64,000 nucleotides of DNA from Acidobacteriota bacterium (GTDB lineage: Bacteria > Acidobacteriota > Terriglobia > Terriglobales > Acidobacteriaceae): positions 68,130 through 132,129 of the forward strand of contig JAJYVF010000015.1 of the NCBI GenBank assembly GCA_021792135.1. The letters run 5' to 3'. Below the pieces are notes generated by a model. The model ran no database searches. It had not been told where the DNA came from and worked only from the letters and a program-made list of their open reading frames with translations. The translations under genes and the position numbers were made by a program. Shown here piece after piece: positions 57,268 through 64,000 of the stretch. Every line of letters begins with the position of its first letter. Position 1 is the first letter of the stretch.

Positions 57268-57924
57268 ATGAACAAGCTCATACTAGCTGATAATCAGGCA
57301 ATCTTTCGTGCAGGGACGGCGAAGATCCTGGCGATGGAAGACGATTTTCGGATCATTGCACAGTGTGCGGAAGCAGACCGCCTGTTCGCCGCCCTGGACT
57401 CATTCCGCGGCGCGACCCTGCTTTTTGCCTCATCGCTGAAGTTCGATCCGCAGATGCTGATCCCGCGGGTAGTTGCCGCCGGCAGCCGCAGTATTGTGAT
57501 TGCCGAAAACGGGGAATCGGTGCAGCCGTGGTTCAGCGCTGGGGTCAACGGAGCCGCTCATCGCAATGTTACCGGGCCCGCTTTGATTGAATGTGTGCGT
57601 CACGTCGGCCTCGGAGAGCGCCAGGTTCGCGCCGCCGGCATCGATATCGCCGGAGCGCAGGACGATGTCGTCGGCTGCAGAGTCCGCGACCGTCTCACTC
57701 CCAAGGAACTGAAGATCGTGGCGTTGATCGTTCAGGGCTGCAAAAACAAGGAGATTGCCCTTCGCCTCGCCACGACCGAACAGGTGATCAAGAACTACCT
57801 TCGCAGCATCTACGACAAGACGGGTGTCTCGGACCGCCTGGAGCTGGCTCTCTTTACGATCCATCACCGTATGCTGGCCGAGGCCGCGCAGGCGCTCGCC
57901 GATCAGATCATGCAGGGCCAGTAG
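57268..57924 (+). CDS. NarL/LuxR-type regulator with degenerate receiver
   Basis: The C-terminal domain LTPKELKIVALIVQGCKNKEIALRLATTEQVIKNYLRSIYDKTGVSDRLEL is a GerE HTH. The receiver has ADNQ instead of DD, and LLFASS where the phospho-Asp is expected. Confidence 0.85.
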   Translation: MNKLILADNQAIFRAGTAKILAMEDDFRIIAQCAEADRLFAALDSFRGATLLFASSLKFDPQMLIPRVVAAGSRSIVIAENGESVQPWFSAGVNGAAHRNVTGPALIECVRHVGLGERQVRAAGIDIAGAQDDVVGCRVRDRLTPKELKIVALIVQGCKNKEIALRLATTEQVIKNYLRSIYDKTGVSDRLELALFTIHHRMLAEAAQALADQIMQGQ

Positions 57925-57949
57925 CCGCCGCCGGACTGGCTCTTCGCCG

Positions 57950-58328
57950 CTAACGCACCACGCTGGCGCTGTCGCTGTTTCTCGTCTGCGGCAGCGCCTC
58001 CATCACCTCCACAAGTTCGTGGGGATTCTCCGGTTTTTCGAGGTACAGGTCGGCCAGCGGCTCCGCGGCCTGAAACGCTTCAGCAACAAACCCGGAAACC
58101 GCAATCACGGGAACGCCGAGGTCCGTTTCCGCCACCCGGACCACTTTGCACCCGGGCCCGTCCCCCAGCCGCCGGTCGGTTACCGCCGCATCAAACGACA
58201 ATCGCCTGCTCGGAGGATGCGCACACCGTTACGGCCTAACCCGCGCTTTCGAGAGTCTCGCGCTTCAACGAAACCATGCGGGAATCGTCGTCCACGCACA
58301 GAACCCTCCCCACCGCTTCGCCCTCCAT
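57950..58328 (-). pseudogene. Decayed single-domain response regulator (nonsense codon plus frameshift)
   Basis: MEGEAVGRVLCVDDDSRMVSLKRETLESAG, then TAG (58236-58238), then AVTVCASSEQAIVV. A +1 shift near 58195-58205 then gives FDAAVTDRRLGDGPGCKVVRVAETDLGVPVIAVSGF...YLEKP. Confidence 0.6.
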
Positions 58329-58393
58329 CCGCGGCGGCCCCTTTTGCTGAACGGGGAGACCGGGTGTCAGATCGCGGCAGGCACCGGCATCGT

Positions 58394-59989
58394 TCAGCGG
58401 AGCTTCTCCGCGACCGATTTTGCCTGCGTAAAGAGATACAGATAATCCGGACCGCCAGCCTTGGAATCGGTCCCCGACATGTTGAAACCGCCAAAGGGAT
58501 GCGCCCCGACCATGGCTCCGGTGCACTTGCGGTTGAAATAAAGATTGCCGACGTGGAATTCCCTGCGGGCGCGGTCGAGACTCATGCGGTCCGTCGAATA
58601 GACCGCCCCGGTCAGCCCAAATTCGGTGTTGTTGGCGATGGCGAGGGCATGATCGAGGTCTCGGGCGCGAATTACCGCAAGGACCGGGCCGAAGATCTCT
58701 TCCTGCGCGATGCGTGCCGTTGGAGCGACATCGGCAATCACGGTAGGCGCAATGTAGTACCCCTTCTCGTGAGTCTCCACCGCGCTGCCCCCGGCCAGGA
58801 GGCGGCCTTCCCGCTTTCCCGTTTCGATATAGTCGAGGATCGTTCGCATAGCTGCCTCACTGACGACCGGTCCGAGACTGCTGTTCTTCGCCGGATCGCC
58901 GACGGTCAGCGACTCCACGCGCGCGCGCAGCCGTTCCACGAATTCGCTGTAGATGGCGTCTTCCACGATGACCCGCGAGCAGGCCGAGCACTTCTGACCA
59001 CTGAAGCCGAAGGCCGACGCGACCACGCCGTCAAGGGCCGCATCGCAATCCGCATCCGCGGCCACGATGATCGAATCCTTGCCCCCCATTTCGAGAATGG
59101 TGCGCTTGATCCAGACCTGCCCGGGCTGCACTTTGGCGGCTTGCTGGTGAATGCCGAGGCCAACTTCCTTCGATCCGGTAAATGCGACAAACCGGGTCCT
59201 CGGATGCTCGACAATCGCGTTCCCGAAGGTGGCGCCGGAGCCAGGGCAGAAATTCACCACGCCCGGCGGCATCCCGGCTTCCTCCAGGACTTCCACGAAC
59301 AGCGCCGCAATCGTGGGCGATTCGCTGGAGGGCTTGAGGACGACCGTGTCGCCGGCCACAATGGCGGCTGATGTCATGCCGGCCATGATGGCAAAGGGGA
59401 AATTCCAGGGAGAGATCACCGCACCCACGCCCAGAGGAATGTACAGCAGTTCGTCGCGCTCGCCGGGATATTGGATGGGAGGCGTGGCTCTGGCCAGGCG
59501 CAGAGCTTCCCGGGCGTAGAACTCCAGGAAATCGATGGTTTCGCCCACATCGGCGTCGGCCTCCGCCCAGTTCTTGCCCACCTCGTACGTGAGCCAGGCA
59601 CAGAAATCGAGCTTGCGGCCGCGGATGATCTCCGCGGCGTGCAGCAACAGGGCCGCGCGCGTCTCGGCCGGAACGAAACGCCACTTCTCGAAGGCCCTCA
59701 GCGCAGCGTCGACGGCAGGATCGGCGTGTTCGGCTCCGGCCTTCTGGTGAATGCCCACGATCTGTGCGGGCCGGGCGGGATTGCGCGACTCGATCTTTCC
59801 TCGGGTGCGAATCCGCTCGCCTCCGATGATGAGGGGGTATTCGTGCCCGAGCAGATCGCCCACCCGGACCAGCGCTCCGCGCATGGCGTGGACGTTCTCG
59901 TGGCGAGAGAAATCCGTAAAGGGCTCATTGCTGAAAGCCCCTCTGGGCGTTCGCGGCAGGATCACGGTGGAGACTTCGACGGTAGCCAT
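58394..59989 (-). CDS. pruA: L-glutamate gamma-semialdehyde (1-pyrroline-5-carboxylate) dehydrogenase
   Basis: 531-aa aldehyde dehydrogenase fold (EMGGKD, FGFSGQKCSACSR). The N-terminus FSNEPFTDFS is typical of the P5C dehydrogenase clade. Confidence 0.85.
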   Translation of the reverse strand: MATVEVSTVILPRTPRGAFSNEPFTDFSRHENVHAMRGALVRVGDLLGHEYPLIIGGERIRTRGKIESRNPARPAQIVGIHQKAGAEHADPAVDAALRAFEKWRFVPAETRAALLLHAAEIIRGRKLDFCAWLTYEVGKNWAEADADVGETIDFLEFYAREALRLARATPPIQYPGERDELLYIPLGVGAVISPWNFPFAIMAGMTSAAIVAGDTVVLKPSSESPTIAALFVEVLEEAGMPPGVVNFCPGSGATFGNAIVEHPRTRFVAFTGSKEVGLGIHQQAAKVQPGQVWIKRTILEMGGKDSIIVAADADCDAALDGVVASAFGFSGQKCSACSRVIVEDAIYSEFVERLRARVESLTVGDPAKNSSLGPVVSEAAMRTILDYIETGKREGRLLAGGSAVETHEKGYYIAPTVIADVAPTARIAQEEIFGPVLAVIRARDLDHALAIANNTEFGLTGAVYSTDRMSLDRARREFHVGNLYFNRKCTGAMVGAHPFGGFNMSGTDSKAGGPDYLYLFTQAKSVAEKLR

Positions 59990-60127
59990 AACCTCACAGT
60001 TTAGTTCAATTTGGAGTGCCCGCCGCGGAGAAGAAGCCGCGATTCCAGGCCATCAAACTCGCCATCGCGAAACCCCGCCGCGCCGGCCCCGAGCCATCGC
60101 TTGCCGGCGCCTCTGCGCGACGGTGGA

Positions 60128-60154
60128 CGCGCCAAACAAACGATGTTTGGCGCG
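60128..60154. promoter_or_regulatory. 11-bp inverted repeat (CGCGCCAAACA / TGTTTGGCGCG) with a 5-nt spacer
   Basis: Located in the 505-bp divergent region between pruA and the TAT-exported hydrolase-like gene. It could be an operator or an RNA hairpin. Confidence 0.35.
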
Positions 60155-60494
60155 CAAATACCGCGGAATCCGGGCCGCGCGCACGTCACCTGAAACTAAC
60201 GATCCGGGAAAGCGGCCCGTCGAAACGACAGGCCCATCATTCGCCGGAGCACGGGGACTGCAACCCGGCAACGGCGACCTTACCGAAACGGGAATGCGTG
60301 GGAGCAGCCGCGCATGAAACATTCGGTGAAATGCAGGTCCGGGCGACTGAGCTGTGCCGTATGGCGTGCTGTGCTAACCCGAGGGACCGATGACGCTTTG
60401 CGACAAGCCGGATCCCCGCAGCTTCTGTCCCCTGGTCTTTTCCGCAACCCGGCACGTACACTGGCTGCCGGAAAGCAACCCAGGGAACAATCCG

Positions 60495-62753
60495 ATGATC
60501 AACCGCCGCACGTTCCTCAGGACTACCGCCGCCGCACTTCCCCTTGCCACCTCCGCCCTGCAGCCCGGGATCCTTGCCGCGGTGACCGGGGCCGAACCGG
60601 GGAGAACTCTTCTGCCGCTGCCGGCGCGTCTGGCGCCCACGGACCCCGCCACCGAACCCTGGCAGCAGCGGGTGCGCCGTGTCGGACAGACCAACATGAC
60701 CGAGCACGACCCCGCCGTCATGAACATCGAGGAGTGGGCCGACTTCTGGCATGGAGCCGGTGCCGACATGGTCTTCATCAGCGTCACCGGTATCCTCGCC
60801 TTCTATCCATCAAAGGTGCCCTTCCACAAACATGGGAAGTATCTTCATGGCCACGACTTCTTCGGCGAGTGTGTCACAGCGGCGCGGAAGCGCGGGCTGC
60901 GTGTCGTCGCCCGCATGAGCCCCGACCTCAACTGGCCCGACGCTCTGGCCGCGCATCCCGAATGGGCCATGCGCTACGAAGACGGATCCGTGCAGCACAA
61001 CTCCGAAGAGCCGCAGCTCTTCAGGACCTGCATGTTCACGAGCTACATGGACGACTACGTCCCCGCCATCATGCGCGAGATCAACTCGCTCTACGACGTC
61101 GACTGCTTCTACACCAACGGATGGCCGCCGGTCGGCAGCCTCCCCAGGTGCTATTGCGCCATCTGCCGCAAGCTGCCGCCCCCGGGCACGCCCGCATACT
61201 GGCGCGTCTTCAACGACCGCGTCTTTCAGCTCTGGCATAGCTGGGACTCCATCGCGAAAGAGAAGAAGTCCGACAGCTTCTTCTTTGCGAATCTCGGCGG
61301 CAACGTGCATGCCGGGCCGAATCTCGACCGGCTCGGCAAGACGGCAGCATGGTTCCAGGCCGACAACCAGGGGCGCACCTACGGGGATCCGGCCATCTGG
61401 GGCTGCACGCTCCAGGCGCGCGTCTGCACCTCGATCCTCGACGGCAAGGCCGCCGGCAACGTCACGGCTGCCTATTCCACCGGGAGCGTCGTCTGGCGCA
61501 ACGGCTCCAAATCGCCCGGCGAGACGCGCATGTGGTTCAACGAGTCGCTGGCGGGCGGGGTGCTTCCCTACGATCATTTCGTCGGTGGATATGAAGGCTT
61601 CGAGGTCGACCGCCGCTGGCAAAAGACCGGTGCGGACTACTTTCACTGGATGGCAGAGCACGATGCGCACTTCCGCACGCGCCGCTCGCTGGCCAACATC
61701 GGCGTCGTTATGGGCCAGAGCACCCAGCTGCTCTATCCCGGCCCTAAGCCAGGACCGGAAACCGCTCCCGGTCTCGGCTCCCGCCCCGATCCTCCGCCCG
61801 TTCACGGCCATACCTACATGCGCGAAACCACGAGCGGTGTCTACGAATTGCTGCTCCAGGGACGCTATGCCTTCGACTTCATCCATGAAGACCGCCTCGA
61901 GCCGAAGCATCTCAGCCGCTATACCGCGCTGCTGCTGCCCAACATCGCTATGTTCGGCGATCGCCAGTGCCAGCAGGTTCGCGATTACGTGCATGCCGGC
62001 GGATCGATCATGGCGAGCTTCGAAACCAGCCTCTATGACGAAAATCTTCAGCCGCGGGCGGACTTCGGACTGGCCGACCTGCTGGGCATCAGCAAAGCCG
62101 GAGGCGTCATCGGTACCAACGGCAATGCGTACTATGCGCGCATCGAGCGCCGTCACCCCATTCTGAACGGCTATGAGAACACAGACTGGATTCCGGGCTC
62201 GCAGAACCGAGTGCCGCTCAAACCCGTCGCCGATCCTCTGCTCACCGTCGTCCCCGGTTTCGTGCACTACCCGCCGGAACTCGCCTGGCCGCCGGTCGAG
62301 CACACGGATGAGCCCGCCGTCGCGCTGCGCGAAATCGGCTCCAGCCGCATCGCCTATTTTCCTGGCGATATCGAGCGCACGTACTGGCTCACCGGCCATG
62401 GCGACCTGCTGCGGCTTCTGGACAATACGCTGCGCTGGATCACGCGCGACCAGCGCATCGTCGATGTACGGGGCAGCGGCCTGGTGGAAATGTTTGCCTG
62501 GGAGACGGAGCCTGGCTATGCCGTGCACCTGCTGAACTACACCAACCCCAGCGCGCACCACGGCTGGCTGCATTCGACCATTCCAATCGGGCCGCAGTCT
62601 GTCGCGATGAAGCTGCCGGAGGGCGTCCGCGTCCGCTCGGTCGAACTTTTGCGGGCCGGCAATACAGTGCCCTTCCACATGGAGGGCCAGGCGCTGCGCT
62701 TTACGATTCCCGGTGTGCAGGACTACGAAGTCGCCGCCATCACCATTGCGTGA
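60495..62753 (+). CDS. TAT-exported putative glycoside hydrolase (GHL6-like TIM barrel plus GH42M/class-I-amidotransferase-like domain)
   Basis: ATG at 60495 (MINRRTFLRTTAAALPLA is a twin-arginine signal). TEHDPAVMNIEEWADFWHGAGADMVFISVTGILAFYPSK and a CYCAIC cluster are present. The later region YTALLLPNIAMFGDRQCQQVRDYVHAGGSIMASF resembles a beta-galactosidase trimerisation domain. Confidence 0.55.
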   Translation: MINRRTFLRTTAAALPLATSALQPGILAAVTGAEPGRTLLPLPARLAPTDPATEPWQQRVRRVGQTNMTEHDPAVMNIEEWADFWHGAGADMVFISVTGILAFYPSKVPFHKHGKYLHGHDFFGECVTAARKRGLRVVARMSPDLNWPDALAAHPEWAMRYEDGSVQHNSEEPQLFRTCMFTSYMDDYVPAIMREINSLYDVDCFYTNGWPPVGSLPRCYCAICRKLPPPGTPAYWRVFNDRVFQLWHSWDSIAKEKKSDSFFFANLGGNVHAGPNLDRLGKTAAWFQADNQGRTYGDPAIWGCTLQARVCTSILDGKAAGNVTAAYSTGSVVWRNGSKSPGETRMWFNESLAGGVLPYDHFVGGYEGFEVDRRWQKTGADYFHWMAEHDAHFRTRRSLANIGVVMGQSTQLLYPGPKPGPETAPGLGSRPDPPPVHGHTYMRETTSGVYELLLQGRYAFDFIHEDRLEPKHLSRYTALLLPNIAMFGDRQCQQVRDYVHAGGSIMASFETSLYDENLQPRADFGLADLLGISKAGGVIGTNGNAYYARIERRHPILNGYENTDWIPGSQNRVPLKPVADPLLTVVPGFVHYPPELAWPPVEHTDEPAVALREIGSSRIAYFPGDIERTYWLTGHGDLLRLLDNTLRWITRDQRIVDVRGSGLVEMFAWETEPGYAVHLLNYTNPSAHHGWLHSTIPIGPQSVAMKLPEGVRVRSVELLRAGNTVPFHMEGQALRFTIPGVQDYEVAAITIA

Positions 62754-62780
62754 CGCACGAGACTCAGCCGACGCACATCC

Positions 62781-64000
62781 TCACTGCGCGGCTGAGCTTT
62801 CGGCGATGAGCTGTAGCCCCCAGTCGTCGTCCGTCGGGGCATTGGGCAGCTGGATAACACCTGTCACTCCCGATTGCAGCCCGCCCGCATCCTGCCAGCT
62901 TCCGTTGCGCGGGTTGAACCACCGGGCGCGATACGCGGTGCTCAGTCTCGCGCCGCGAATCTGCTCCTGGGGCGCGCCCTTCTCGAAATAGGCCAGAAAG
63001 ATATCCTTCTCCGGCGTGCGGGCGCAGTACGCCCAGCCGTCGTAGGACTTCAGGTCGTAGTTCTTGTCCGGCGAGACGAGATCCGCATTCGGCTGCAGAT
63101 CCTCGTAGCGTCTGCCGATGGAAAGGGCGAATTCCCGCAGGTATTTCACCTCCGCGCCGGAAATCCACCGGAAGGCGTCCCACATCTTCACCGGGGCCGC
63201 CGGTTCGATATCCGCTCCCCAGATGCCTTCGGCCCCGTAGACATAGCCGCCCAGGCCCCCGGAGAGAAAACTGCCATACATGGAGGACCGCACAAAGCGC
63301 GCGTCCTCCTCTGTCCCGCCCGGCGCGCCATGTTTGTACCCCGAGCCGCCCAGGCCGCGCGCATCTTTGTAGCCCGAATAGTACGGCTCGCCGTTAATCG
63401 CCGGCTCCGGCGGGTTGACGGCGTGAAAGATCTCTGTGAGATACCAGTAGCTGTTGTGCTCGCGCTCGTTGCCGGTCTGTTGCAGCGTGACCCAGCTCGG
63501 CTGCCCCCAGTTCTCCAGCGTCGAAGGGTTGGCGTTCGCTGAGAGCAGCGTGCCGAAGGGCGGCGGGCCATACCTGTGCAGCACTTCGCCGATCGCCTGA
63601 TCGTAGTCCTTCGGCCCCACGCTCTCGCTGATGATGTCCAGGTGAATCGGGCTCAGCACGACGTTGTTCGCCTGCCAGCGCGACCAGACATACTCGATGA
63701 AACGCGCATAGGAATCGGGCCAGGAGTAGTACCTCTTCCAGCACAGGCTCGCATCGCGCCGCGAAACCTCGATGAAGACGACAAACCCCTGCTGGTTGAG
63801 ATAGTCGATCCGGCGGTCGATGGCGTCGAAGTAGGCGGGGTTGATGCGGTTCACGTCCGGGAACATGCTCTCGTAGCCGGGCACCCCGCCCGGAAACAGG
63901 AACGGCCGCCCGCCTTCGTTATCCATGTTCTTGGCGCTGCCCGTCCCGAACTCAAGCCACGCAGAGCGCACCGTCGTCCCGTCCTTCATCACCACGTGCC
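62781..64000 (-). CDS. DUF4038 / GH140-like glycoside hydrolase with C-terminal collagen-binding-like domain (5' end beyond the window)
   Basis: NPAYFDAIDRRIDYLNQQGFVVFIE...WSRWQANNVVLSPIHLD...LQQTGNE...NGEPYY match DUF4038 as I recall it. The frame stays open to the window edge. Confidence 0.65.
   Translation of the reverse strand, partial: HVVMKDGTTVRSAWLEFGTGSAKNMDNEGGRPFLFPGGVPGYESMFPDVNRINPAYFDAIDRRIDYLNQQGFVVFIEVSRRDASLCWKRYYSWPDSYARFIEYVWSRWQANNVVLSPIHLDIISESVGPKDYDQAIGEVLHRYGPPPFGTLLSANANPSTLENWGQPSWVTLQQTGNEREHNSYWYLTEIFHAVNPPEPAINGEPYYSGYKDARGLGGSGYKHGAPGGTEEDARFVRSSMYGSFLSGGLGGYVYGAEGIWGADIEPAAPVKMWDAFRWISGAEVKYLREFALSIGRRYEDLQPNADLVSPDKNYDLKSYDGWAYCARTPEKDIFLAYFEKGAPQEQIRGARLSTAYRARWFNPRNGSWQDAGGLQSGVTGVIQLPNAPTDDDWGLQLIAESSAAQ

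Noticed and set aside
58236-58238. In-frame TAG as recoding (for example pyrrolysine or readthrough).
   Set aside because: A frameshift follows 40 nt later in the same gene. No Pyl machinery is evident in the window. Pseudogene decay is the simpler reading.
1-64000. Mobile elements, prophage, defence systems, CRISPR arrays, rRNA and tRNA genes.
   Set aside because: I saw no integrase, transposase, recombinase, reverse transcriptase, Cas, restriction or toxin-antitoxin signatures, and no terminal inverted repeats. I recognised no cloverleaf-like tRNA candidates in the intergenic regions. The few AT-rich patches are short promoter-sized spacers.

Overview
GC-rich bacterial chromosomal segment. 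By inference it is Acidobacteriota-like, based on a carboxypeptidase-regulatory-domain TonB receptor, many PAS/GAF sensors and small excisionase-type HTH proteins. I support about 50 protein-coding genes at high coding density. I recognised no rRNA, tRNA, CRISPR array, transposase, integrase or prophage gene. Blocks from left to right:
- Glycan uptake and degradation: GH27 alpha-galactosidase, a small His/Cys membrane protein, a TonB-dependent receptor, and a frameshifted GH32.
- Two ArsR-type regulators, an orphan receiver, an XRE-cupin regulator and a GAF-PAS kinase.
- An ArsR-flanked, translationally coupled radical-SAM plus ArsM-like methyltransferase pair.
- Purine and nucleoside transporters.
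- hutU-hutG-hutI.
- Miscellaneous genes: RidA, HAD, BtuF-like, NUDIX and an atypical Nramp.
- A beta-propeller protein coupled to a LolC/E-like permease.
- The housekeeping run cdsA-dxr-rseP, rapZ, dnaE and thpR.
- HTH plus a CheB-CheR-PAS fusion.
- SqdX-like glycosyltransferase plus a PHP-like protein.
- A signalling island: cNMP-binding kinase, receiver-flavoprotein fusion, LuxR pseudo-receiver and a decayed receiver.
- pruA.
- Two glycoside-hydrolase-like genes.

The most interesting candidate for an undescribed system is the ArsR / ArsM-like methyltransferase / MJ0619 (tetraether-lipid-synthase)-like radical SAM cluster at about 14.8-17.7 kb. Next are the cNMP-kinase / receiver-flavoprotein island with a perfect 14-bp palindrome, and the isoprenoid-synthase-like plus DHH phosphoesterase pair.

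Three genes are disrupted in this sequence: the GH32, a MarR and a response regulator. All family calls come from motif recognition by eye. No database search was run.
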